In this document: positions 29,041 through 37,202 of the stretch, piece by piece
How positions within the stretch are numbered: position 1 is the stretch's first letter
Layout: the number at the start of each line of letters is the position of its first letter
Assembly (NCBI GenBank): GCA_038121105.1
Contig: JAYONB010000001.1
Span: 354,429-418,428 of the forward strand
Origin: Alphaproteobacteria bacterium
Lineage (GTDB): Bacteria; Pseudomonadota; Alphaproteobacteria; SHVP01
Direction of reading: 5' to 3'
Length of the DNA stretch: 64,000 bases
Notes under the pieces: generated by a model
What the model saw: the letters and a program-made list of their open reading frames with translations, nothing else
The model's database searches: none
Told to the model about the DNA's origin: nothing
Program-made: the position numbers and the translations under genes

Positions 29041-30030
29041 CTAGAGGAGACCGAGTGCCCCGATGTGGCGCCGGGTTCGGTCGCCGAACCAATCCAGATC
29101 GGGATTGAGTAACGGCGTATGGCCGACCGCGTTCACGTTGCCGGCAAAACCGATCAGGAAGCGCAGCTCTTTGGCGGCATAGAACAGCGGCATCAATTCG
29201 CGTTCGGCTTCGGTAAACGGACGTTCTCGTTCGTAGCCCGCCACGAAGGCTTCGTTGATCGCTTCGTCGATGTTGCCGATGTAGTGATTGGCCCAGACGA
29301 AACTGTTGATCTCGGCGGCCCAATGATCGACCCCGCAATTGTCGAAATCGAGCAGCACGATCTCGTCGTTCTCGATGAAGGCGTTGTAGATGTGGAAATC
29401 GCCATGGCTCGGGCCCTTGGGCACATCCGACTCGGGCAAAGCCTCGAGCGCTTTGGCGACGGCATCGACGGCCTGGGCATACCACGCGCCGTCGCCGTCG
29501 CGGTGCGCGACCATGCGCTGCAACGCGGGCAATCCGCGACGTAACTGCCCCCCACTATCGATGTTGCGCCCTCGGTTGGGCGCGAAGCCCTTGGCCACGA
29601 CGTGCAAGCGACCGAACATCGCGCCCAAGCGTTCGGCCATGCCGGTGTTGAGGTTGTCGGCGAACGGGGCGCCCGCCGCCCATTGGAACAACGAGAGGTG
29701 CCGCCGACCTTCCGGCGCGTCGAGCGGGACGTAGAACGCGCCGTCGCGGGTTGGGATCGGCGCCGGTACCGGGATGTCGGCGGCATCGAGAAACTTGAGG
29801 AATTGGGTTTCGTAGTCGACATCGGCTTCGCTGCGAAATCCTGAGCGCCACACACGACTGGCGAAGGTTTCCCCGCCGGCTCGGATCAAATAGACATCGT
29901 TCATCCCGCGGGTCAGTAGTTCGCACTGAACCGGTGGCGGCAGATCGTAGGCATCGACGATGCGCTCACGAAGGGACGGCGAATCGAGAATCGAATGCGC
30001 GATCGGGAGAACCTGTGCGGACATAAACAA
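29041..30030 (-). CDS. phosphotransferase (APH-like) family protein, paralog 3
   Basis: 329 aa. HGDFHIYNAF and LLDFDNCG motifs. First gene of the kinase/MFS/MFS operon. Confidence 0.85.
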   Translation of the reverse strand: MFMSAQVLPIAHSILDSPSLRERIVDAYDLPPPVQCELLTRGMNDVYLIRAGGETFASRVWRSGFRSEADVDYETQFLKFLDAADIPVPAPIPTRDGAFYVPLDAPEGRRHLSLFQWAAGAPFADNLNTGMAERLGAMFGRLHVVAKGFAPNRGRNIDSGGQLRRGLPALQRMVAHRDGDGAWYAQAVDAVAKALEALPESDVPKGPSHGDFHIYNAFIENDEIVLLDFDNCGVDHWAAEINSFVWANHYIGNIDEAINEAFVAGYERERPFTEAERELMPLFYAAKELRFLIGFAGNVNAVGHTPLLNPDLDWFGDRTRRHIGALGLL

Positions 30031-30189
30031 TCCTTGCCAAGGGGTTAGAGCGATGGGGCCCGGGTAGTCTAGGGTGCTGACCCCCGCTTCACCATAACCG
30101 GCACCCGCGTGGTTTGAGTGGACAAGGACGGCAATGGCCGCCTATTCCTTCCTGATCCCATCCTGCCCGATAGACCCGCGGAGACCACC

Positions 30190-30831
30190 ATGCGGCTGAC
30201 CCCTAGCGAAACCGATGCTTTGATCGTCATCGATGTGCAGAACGATTTCTGTCCCGGGGGGACGCTCGCCGTGGCGAGTGGAGACGACGTGGTGCCGGTT
30301 ATCAACAGGTTGCAGGGTCACTTCGCTAACATCGTGCTGACCCAGGATTGGCACCCTGCCGACCACACCTCGTTCGCGAGCGGACACCCCAAGAAAAAGC
30401 CCTTCGACACCGTGAGCGTGGCCTATGGCGATCAGACTTTATGGCCAGACCATTGCGTACAAGGCACGCCCGGCGCGGACTTTCATCCCGACCTCGACCG
30501 CGACCACGCCCAGTTGGTGATTCGCAAAGGGTTTCGGTCGGCGGTGGACTCCTATTCGGCGTTTTTCGAGAACGACCGCACGACGCCGACCGGTCTGACG
30601 GGGTACCTGCGCGAACGCGGCATCGATCGGGTTTTCCTCGTCGGCCTCGCCACCGACGTATGCGTGCGCTTTAGCGCGATGGACGCGCGCAACCACGGGT
30701 TCGATACGGTGTTGATCCTGGACGGCTGCCGAGGCTTGAGCGACGAAGCCGTCAACGACGCGCTGGCGGCGATGAAAGAAGCCGGGGTCCGAGTGATTGA
30801 ATCGTTCGCCGTGACCGGGTTGGCGGTATGA
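30190..30831 (+). CDS. pncA: nicotinamidase/pyrazinamidase (isochorismatase family)
   Basis: Track ORF from 30118 trimmed to the ATG at 30190, 7 nt after GGAG. The product has ALIVIDVQNDFCPGG, catalytic Cys in LVGLATDVCV, and a K in VIRKG. Confidence 0.75.
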   Translation: MRLTPSETDALIVIDVQNDFCPGGTLAVASGDDVVPVINRLQGHFANIVLTQDWHPADHTSFASGHPKKKPFDTVSVAYGDQTLWPDHCVQGTPGADFHPDLDRDHAQLVIRKGFRSAVDSYSAFFENDRTTPTGLTGYLRERGIDRVFLVGLATDVCVRFSAMDARNHGFDTVLILDGCRGLSDEAVNDALAAMKEAGVRVIESFAVTGLAV

Positions 30832-31793
30832 CCCACTTGGTCACGCTGGCGGAGATCCAAACCGCGCACGATCATTTGCCCGACATCATCCGGCGTACGC
30901 CCATTGTACCGCTGGCGCGCACAGCAGCCGAGGTCGGCCACGAGGCGCTGTTCTTGAAACTAGAGAACCTGCAAGTGACGGGCGCCTAAAAGGTACGGGC
31001 TGCGTTCAACATGATCCGGGTTTTGGGGCCCGAAAACCTCAAACGTGGATTGGTCCTGACCTCGTCGGGCAATTTCGCGCAGGCCTTCGCGCTGGCGGGA
31101 CGCATGTTCGGCGTACCGATCGTGGTCGTGATGATGGACCGCACCAGTCCGTTCAAGGTCGAGGCGGCGCGCGGCTATGGAGCGGAGGTGGTGTTCTGCG
31201 GCGACGACGCCCTAGCGCGCCAACCGACCGCCGAACGGCTCGCCGCCGAACGCGGGATGACGGTGATCGATACCTGGGAAGAACGCCCCATCCCGGCCGG
31301 GCATGGCAGCATCGGGCTGGAGTTGCTGGAACAAGCGCCCAACATCGAATGCGTGCTGGCACCGGTCAGCAGTAGTGGGTTGATCGCGGGGGTCGCCACC
31401 GCCATCAAGGAAAGCGCGCCGCATGTGTCGGTGATCGGCGTGCAGCCCGAATGCGCGAACGCGGCCTATGTGTCCCGCCAAAAGGGCGCGCCAACGACAA
31501 TCGACTATTGGGACAGCATGGCGGACGGACTATCGGCGGTGCGGCCCGGGGCGTTTCCGTTTGCCCATGTGCAGCGCTATGTCGACGACATCGTATTGGT
31601 GAGCGAAGGCGAGATCGCAGACGCGTTTCGCACACTGTTGTTTCGCGGCAAGGTATTGGGCGAACCGGCCGGTGTCGTCGCCGCGGCAGGATTTCTGTCG
31701 GGCAAGGTGGCGCAAGATCGGAAGACGGTGGCCTTGTTGACCGGCGGCAACGTCGTGCCCGAGGTGGCGCAACGGCTGTTGGCGAACGCCTAG
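30828..31793 (+). pseudogene. PLP-dependent serine/threonine dehydratase-family gene with an in-frame TAA (30987..30989) immediately before the PLP-lysine codon
   Basis: ATG at 30828 (overlapping the pncA stop, ATGA) gives MTHLVTLAEIQTAHDHLPDIIRRTPIVPLARTAAEVGHEALFLKLENLQVTGA, then TAA, then KVRAAFNMIRV... continuing in the same frame into track ORF 31011..31793. The expected family motif is ...LQ.TG(S/A)(F/Y)K.RGA..., so the stop replaces the residue before the catalytic Lys. Confidence 0.6.
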
Positions 31794-32587
31794 CTTTTCT
31801 TTTTCTTGGCGGCGGCTTTGCGGAATTGCGGTTTGCGCTTGGCGCGAAAGGCGCGCTCCCCTTCCCGTCCCTCGGGCGAATCGTAGTAAAGGCGGACCGC
31901 GATGTTGCCGAGGTTGGACAGCCCGCGAATGGACTCGGTCTCGGCGTTGAACGCTCGCTTGCCGAGCGCAATCGCCGTCGGGCTCATTTGCAGTATTTCG
32001 TCGCACCAGCGACGCACTTCGGCATCGAGTTGGGCATCGGGCACGACCGCATTCACGAGGCCCATCTCCATTGCCTCTCGTGCCGAATATTGACGACACA
32101 GGAACCAAATCTCTTTGGCCTTTTTTTGCCCGACATGGCGGGCCAGCAGGTTGGTGCCGAAGCCTGGATCGATCGAGCCCATCTTGGGCCCGACCTGACC
32201 GAATACCGCGCTCTCACCGGCGATGGTGAGGTCGCAAATCGTAGCCAGGACGTTGCCGCCGCCGATGCACCAGCCGCGCACCTTGGCGATCACCGGCTTA
32301 GGCGCGTCGCGCATGATTGCGTGAAGTTCTTCGACAGGCAGACCGATCGTGCCGCGCCCGTCGTAGGCGCCGTCATGCGCACCTTGGTCGCCACCGGACG
32401 AGAACGCCTTGGTCCCCGCACCGGTCAGGACAATAACGCCAATGTCGTCGTTCCATGCAGCCCTGTTGAAAGCATCGACCATTTCTTCGCAGGTTTGCCC
32501 CCGAAAGGCGTTGTGCACGCGCGGCCGATTGATGGTGATCGTCGCGACGTTCTTGCGGACGGCGTATTTGATGTCTTTGTAGGCCAC
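31790..32587 (-). CDS. crotonase-superfamily enzyme, MenB/BadI-like (1,4-dihydroxy-2-naphthoyl-CoA synthase / 2-ketocyclohexanecarboxyl-CoA hydrolase-like)
   Basis: 265 aa. AFSSGGDQ and CIGGGNVL motifs. Lys-rich C-terminal end. 1 nt downstream of the acyl-CoA ligase gene. Confidence 0.8.
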   Translation of the reverse strand: MAYKDIKYAVRKNVATITINRPRVHNAFRGQTCEEMVDAFNRAAWNDDIGVIVLTGAGTKAFSSGGDQGAHDGAYDGRGTIGLPVEELHAIMRDAPKPVIAKVRGWCIGGGNVLATICDLTIAGESAVFGQVGPKMGSIDPGFGTNLLARHVGQKKAKEIWFLCRQYSAREAMEMGLVNAVVPDAQLDAEVRRWCDEILQMSPTAIALGKRAFNAETESIRGLSNLGNIAVRLYYDSPEGREGERAFRAKRKPQFRKAAAKKKKS

Positions 32588-32588
32588 G

Positions 32589-34148
32589 TTAGGTCTGTCC
32601 TTCCCAGTAGGGTTTGCGCAGCTCCGCCTTCATGACTTTGCCCGCCGGATTGCGTGGCAGCGCCTCGCACACCTCGATCGCCGCAATGCGCTGATGTTTT
32701 CCCAATTGGTCGTTGGCCCAGGTGCGCATCGCCTCAAGGTCGGGCGTGACCCCTGGCGTGGGGACGATCAAGGCTAGAGGGGTTTCGCCCCACCGTTCGT
32801 GCGGGATGCCGATCACGCAAAGATCGTAGACATCGGCGTGCGCCCCGAGGACGCGCTCAATGTCGGCGGGGAACACGTTGTAGCCGCCGGACACGATCAT
32901 GTCCTTCTTGCGATCGAGCAGGTAGAGAAAGCCGTCGTCGTCGAGGCGACCGATGTCGCCGGAGCGCAAGAACGTCCGGTCGGACTCGGGGTCGCGCCAG
33001 ATCGCGGCCTCGGTCTGTTCCGGGCTATTGTGATAGCCCTTCATCAAGATAGGGCTGTGCCCGACAATCTCGCCGGCCTCGCCCCGAGGCAGCTCGACGC
33101 CTGCATCGTCGATGATGCGGATATCATTGCCCAGCATGGGGCGCCCGACCGACACGATCTTTTCGGGCAGATCTTCGGGGCGAACGATGGTCGCAAAACC
33201 TTCGGTCAGGCCGTAGACCTCGTAATAGCCGCAGGGAAATTTTTCGAGCATGCGGCGCTTGATCCCTTCGCGCATGTGCGAACCGACGGTGGCGAGCGTT
33301 TTCAACGTGGAGAGGTCGCATGTCTCGGCGGCTGGCGAGTCGAGAATCGCTTGATACTGCGCCGGCACCATGACCGTTGCAGTGCCCCGCCACTTGTCGA
33401 CCAGTCGGCACCACTCTTCGGCTTCGAACTTGGGCATGATCACGCTGGTGGCACCGAACAGAAAGGCGCACAGCAGGAGTGTCCAAGCCGTGTTGGAATG
33501 CAGCGCCGTGGTGACGATGAAAACCGAATCGGTGTTGAAGTGCTGTTCGGCGCTCATCAGGTAGGCGTGGTTGATACGGCAATAGTGGGTGAGGACGATC
33601 CCTTTGGGGACGCCTGTGGTGCCGGAGGAATAGATCAAGCACGCATCGTCGTCGGGTTGGTTGACGATCGGTGGCGGCGTGTCGCTGGCGGCGTTGCGCC
33701 AGCCGTCCAACGCACGCCATTCAGCGGGTGCCGCGCCAATCGCAATGTAGGCGTCGGCCGCAACATCAAGTAGACCGCGGATCGAATCTATGCGCTCAAG
33801 GTAGGCGTCGCTGACGATCAAGACCTTGGCGGCGCAATCGTTGATCATCGTCGCCAGGCTGTCGGCGGTCACAATGGTGGGAAGCGAGGCGACCGCCGCA
33901 CCCGCTTTAAGGGTGCCGAAGTAGGCCGCGATGGCCTCGTTGCTGTTGTCGGCGAGAATGCCGACTTTGTCCCCGCGCCCGACCCCCATAGCCCGTAGGG
34001 CGTGCGCGATCTGGTTCTGTTGCCGGTCGAAGGCGCCCCAACTCAGGACGACGTCATTGCAAACCAATGCGGGTTTGTCGGGATGGCGCGCCGCGTGCAG
34101 CGCCATATGTTCGGGCACGAGGATGGATGGAATATCAAATCGGGTCAT
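32589..34148 (-). CDS. acyl-CoA synthetase (AMP-dependent synthetase/ligase)
   Basis: 519 aa. AMP-binding motif LIYSSGTTGVPKGIV, then YGLTEG and the C-terminal PRNPAGKVMK motif. Confidence 0.85.
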   Translation of the reverse strand: MTRFDIPSILVPEHMALHAARHPDKPALVCNDVVLSWGAFDRQQNQIAHALRAMGVGRGDKVGILADNSNEAIAAYFGTLKAGAAVASLPTIVTADSLATMINDCAAKVLIVSDAYLERIDSIRGLLDVAADAYIAIGAAPAEWRALDGWRNAASDTPPPIVNQPDDDACLIYSSGTTGVPKGIVLTHYCRINHAYLMSAEQHFNTDSVFIVTTALHSNTAWTLLLCAFLFGATSVIMPKFEAEEWCRLVDKWRGTATVMVPAQYQAILDSPAAETCDLSTLKTLATVGSHMREGIKRRMLEKFPCGYYEVYGLTEGFATIVRPEDLPEKIVSVGRPMLGNDIRIIDDAGVELPRGEAGEIVGHSPILMKGYHNSPEQTEAAIWRDPESDRTFLRSGDIGRLDDDGFLYLLDRKKDMIVSGGYNVFPADIERVLGAHADVYDLCVIGIPHERWGETPLALIVPTPGVTPDLEAMRTWANDQLGKHQRIAAIEVCEALPRNPAGKVMKAELRKPYWEGQT

Positions 34149-34305
34149 GGGGCGCAGTGTTGCGGTGCATCACGCAACGTGCAACCCCGGTCGACGCATC
34201 GTGCCAGCCACCACGGCTTGGGCGGAACTAAGAACCCTTCGCATCTCTGACCCTTGGACCTAGAATTGCAGTCGACGGGGCATATCGCCCTCTTGGGAGG
34301 AACCG

Positions 34306-35847
34306 ATGAAACGATTGTTTAAACGTGCGAGTGCAACCGCCCTCGCCGCCTCTGTAGCTTTTGGTGTTTTGGGAACCGCTCAGGTTGCGCAGGCGCAAGA
34401 CAAGGTATTGCGTGTGGCGCATTACGGGTTCAACCCGCAAAAAGGTCGCTTCGAGATGGCGTTCGGCGCACAGTCCACCCTGCCGCTGATGGCTTTTGCC
34501 GATAGCATGACCTATCTCAATCCGAACGGCTCGGTTGATCCGGGTCTGGCGACCTCGTGGGAAGTCAAAGACGACACGACCTGGATATTCAAAATCCGTC
34601 AGGGCGTGAAATTTCATAACGGCGCACCGATGACCGCCGAACAGGTCGTTAAGAACGTCGAGTTCCTCGTCAACGACGACGCCGGCAAGACAAGCATCTC
34701 GTCGCGGTTCCTGGGGCTTGCGGGCGCCAAAAAGATCGACGCCAATACCGTCGAGATTACGACTAAAAACCCCAATCCAATTCTCGACCGGTGGTTCGCA
34801 TTGTTCCGGATTATGGACGCGGACTATCAGAAAGACGTCGGGATCGAAGGATTCACGGTGAAACCGATCGGCACCGGACCGTTCAGAGTTACGAATTGGA
34901 CGGGCGAAGCGATGGCGGCCGAGAAATTTGCCGATGCGTGGCGACCGGCCAAAGTCGACCGGCTCGAAATCACCGCCCTCACCGAGACGGCGGCGCGCGT
35001 TGCCGCGCTTCAGTCCGGTCAGGTCGATATCGCCTGGTTGGTAAGCCCCGACGACATCGCCCGGCTCGATAGCGCCGGTAAGAAGGTGCAGATCACCCAG
35101 AACTTCGAAGTCGTTTCGTTCAAGTTCAACACAATTCCCGAACGCACGACGGCCGACAATTCGCCGATCTTGGACCGGCGCGTCCGGCAGGCGATCAACT
35201 ACGCAATCAATCGCGATCAATACGTCAAGGAAGTGCTGGGCGGGCTCTATGTCACCGCTGGGCAGTCCGCCGCCAGCACCGTCGCGGGCCACCAAGACGA
35301 CATCAAACCGTATCCCTACGATCCGGAGCGCGCCAAGAAGCTGCTGGCCGAGGCCGGTTACGGCGACGGATTGAACCTGGTGATGGAGTTGATTCCGACC
35401 TCGACGGATTACACCAACACCTCGCAGTTCATCGCCACCAGCTTGCAGCGGGTCGGGATCAATCTCGAACTGCGGCAAATCGCGCTTGCCGACTTGTTGG
35501 GCAAGTTGCGCGGTCAAAAACCCTGGGACGGGCACATGTGGATGGGACTGGTCGAGTCCTTCCCGACCGGCGACGTGATGCGCCCCTTTGCGACAGACTC
35601 GTGCGCGTTTTTCGGCGCATTCATCTGTGACAAGGATATCCAGCCGACCATCGACGCGGCAAACACCGAATTCGACCCGGCGAAACGGGCCGAACTGGTG
35701 CGCAAAGTCGTCAAGCATTACCACGACGAAGCGTTGATTTCGTACATGTACGAGCGCACCGTCATCGACGGGCTCGCATCCAATGTGAAGAACTACCGTC
35801 TGTTCAACCGTGCGATCAATTGGCACGAAATCGAACTCGGCGGTTAA
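34306..35847 (+). CDS. ABC transporter substrate-binding protein, family 5 (orphan; paralog of 13808..15337)
   Basis: 513 aa. Signal-peptide-like MKRLFKRASATALAASVAFGVLGTAQVAQAQ. Family-5 SBP pattern. Confidence 0.85.
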   Translation: MKRLFKRASATALAASVAFGVLGTAQVAQAQDKVLRVAHYGFNPQKGRFEMAFGAQSTLPLMAFADSMTYLNPNGSVDPGLATSWEVKDDTTWIFKIRQGVKFHNGAPMTAEQVVKNVEFLVNDDAGKTSISSRFLGLAGAKKIDANTVEITTKNPNPILDRWFALFRIMDADYQKDVGIEGFTVKPIGTGPFRVTNWTGEAMAAEKFADAWRPAKVDRLEITALTETAARVAALQSGQVDIAWLVSPDDIARLDSAGKKVQITQNFEVVSFKFNTIPERTTADNSPILDRRVRQAINYAINRDQYVKEVLGGLYVTAGQSAASTVAGHQDDIKPYPYDPERAKKLLAEAGYGDGLNLVMELIPTSTDYTNTSQFIATSLQRVGINLELRQIALADLLGKLRGQKPWDGHMWMGLVESFPTGDVMRPFATDSCAFFGAFICDKDIQPTIDAANTEFDPAKRAELVRKVVKHYHDEALISYMYERTVIDGLASNVKNYRLFNRAINWHEIELGG

Positions 35848-35896
35848 CGCCTTACGTCCCCGGGGGCCTTGCGCCCTCGGGACGCTTTTGCGTCCG

Positions 35897-36571
35897 CTAG
35901 CGGCGCATCGCCAAAAAGTCGCCGAGCGAGCGACCCTCGACCTCATCGAACTTCTCCGTGCGCCGGACCAATTGCTCCATCCGATCCAAGCGGAAGCTGC
36001 GAAAATCGTCGCGTGTTTCGCACCAAGCGACCAGCGTCCACGCATATCCCCAATAGAATAGGCCGAGCGGATGCACCGTGCGGCTGGTGGTTTCCCCGTC
36101 GGCACGGGTGTAACGAAAATCGAGCTTGTAGCGATCGTTCACCGCGCGTCGCGTGACCGCGAGGTTCGACGTGACGGCCGTGTCGGGCATGATGCGCGGT
36201 GCGAACAGGGCGCTTTCGACAATGTTGTTGCGTAGCGGTTCGGGCAGCACCGCTTCTATTTTGGTCAGCGCGCTATGCGCAGCCGAGGCGAGGTCGGGAT
36301 CGGTCCAGCTTTGCACGATTCGGGAACCCAGGATCAGGGCCTCGATTTCTTCGGCGTTAAACATTAAAGGCGGAAGATCGAACTTGCGATCCAGAGTGTA
36401 GCCGACGCCCGCCTCGCCGGTGATCGGGACGCCGGTCACGACGAGATCGCTGACGTCGCGATAGATGGTGCGTTCCGAGACTTCGAGTTCTTCGGCAAGC
36501 TGTGCCGCCGTCATGAAACGGCGCGACCGCAGCATCTGGATAATTTCGAAAAGACGATCGGCGCGACGCAT
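35897..36571 (-). CDS. YafY-family transcriptional regulator (HTH plus WYL domain)
   Basis: 224 aa. N-terminal HTH (RFMTAAQLAEELEVSERTIYRDVSDL) and central WYL-like region (LDFRYTRADGETTSRTVHPLGLFYWGYAW). Confidence 0.8.
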   Translation of the reverse strand: MRRADRLFEIIQMLRSRRFMTAAQLAEELEVSERTIYRDVSDLVVTGVPITGEAGVGYTLDRKFDLPPLMFNAEEIEALILGSRIVQSWTDPDLASAAHSALTKIEAVLPEPLRNNIVESALFAPRIMPDTAVTSNLAVTRRAVNDRYKLDFRYTRADGETTSRTVHPLGLFYWGYAWTLVAWCETRDDFRSFRLDRMEQLVRRTEKFDEVEGRSLGDFLAMRR

Positions 36572-36657
36572 GGGAGCTCATCAGTTGCGAGGGCGCGGCA
36601 AGCGGCGCACCAGCAGAAATGCTAGTGCGCCAGTCTTGTCGCGTCGAATAGCCCAGA

Positions 36658-37017
36658 TTAGGAACCTGCGCCTTCGCCCTGGTAAAGCGCGATCGTCGCG
36701 CCGGCGGGGTCTTGCAGGACCACGAAACTGCCGGCAGGAATGTCGACTCTCGGTTGGACGACTTTGGCGCCGAGCGATTCCGCCTTTTTCGCCGAGGCAT
36801 CCAGGTCTTCGACCCAAAGGTACGGCAACCAATGCGCCGGCCCGCCGTTCGGCGCGGCAATGCCCGCGAAAGGCTCGGCACCATTCGTAACCATGGTGTA
36901 GGTCTGGCCGCCCAATTCCATATCCGAGAAGCTCCAGCCCATCAGGTCGCCATAGAACGACTTGGCCTTGTCCGGGCTACTGGGGTGCAGCTCCATGTAT
37001 GCGAACGGGTTTGTCAT
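36658..37017 (-). CDS. VOC (glyoxalase) family protein
   Basis: 119 aa. Glyoxalase-like pattern (FAYMELHPSSPDKAKSFYGDLMGW, VLQDPAGA). Confidence 0.75.
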   Translation of the reverse strand: MTNPFAYMELHPSSPDKAKSFYGDLMGWSFSDMELGGQTYTMVTNGAEPFAGIAAPNGGPAHWLPYLWVEDLDASAKKAESLGAKVVQPRVDIPAGSFVVLQDPAGATIALYQGEGAGS

Positions 37018-37072
37018 GAGGGTGTCTCCTGTCGATGTTGTTGCGTAGATGCAGCGCCACCATAGCCACCCC

Positions 37073-37096
37073 CTCCTGACACCCTTGTGTCAGGAG
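37073..37096. promoter_or_regulatory. perfect 10-4-10 palindrome CTCCTGACAC-CCTT-GTGTCAGGAG in the divergent VOC / D-aminoacylase intergenic region
   Basis: Read directly from the sequence. It is the only extended perfect palindrome in the intergenic region and a candidate operator for a dimeric regulator. Confidence 0.4.
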
Positions 37097-37202
37097 AGTA
37101 CCGGTCGCGTGCGTTTTCTTTGTTCGGGAGATCGGCGTCTGGGTCGGCTAGGATCGGACCGCGGAACGGCCAGCATGCGCGTTCCGGGGAGGGGAACACG
37201 TC

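Noticed and set aside
4675-30989. Hypothesis that the two in-frame TAA codons reflect stop-codon reassignment
   Set aside because: TAA is used as a genuine terminator by several well-defined genes here (DUF952, pilin copy 1, the SPOR lipoprotein), so the standard code applies. Pseudogenes or sequencing errors are more likely.
34228-36105. 625-aa minus-strand ORF covering the family-5 SBP gene
   Set aside because: The opposite strand encodes a textbook signal-peptide SBP. The product of this ORF is Arg/Gly/Val-rich without motifs.
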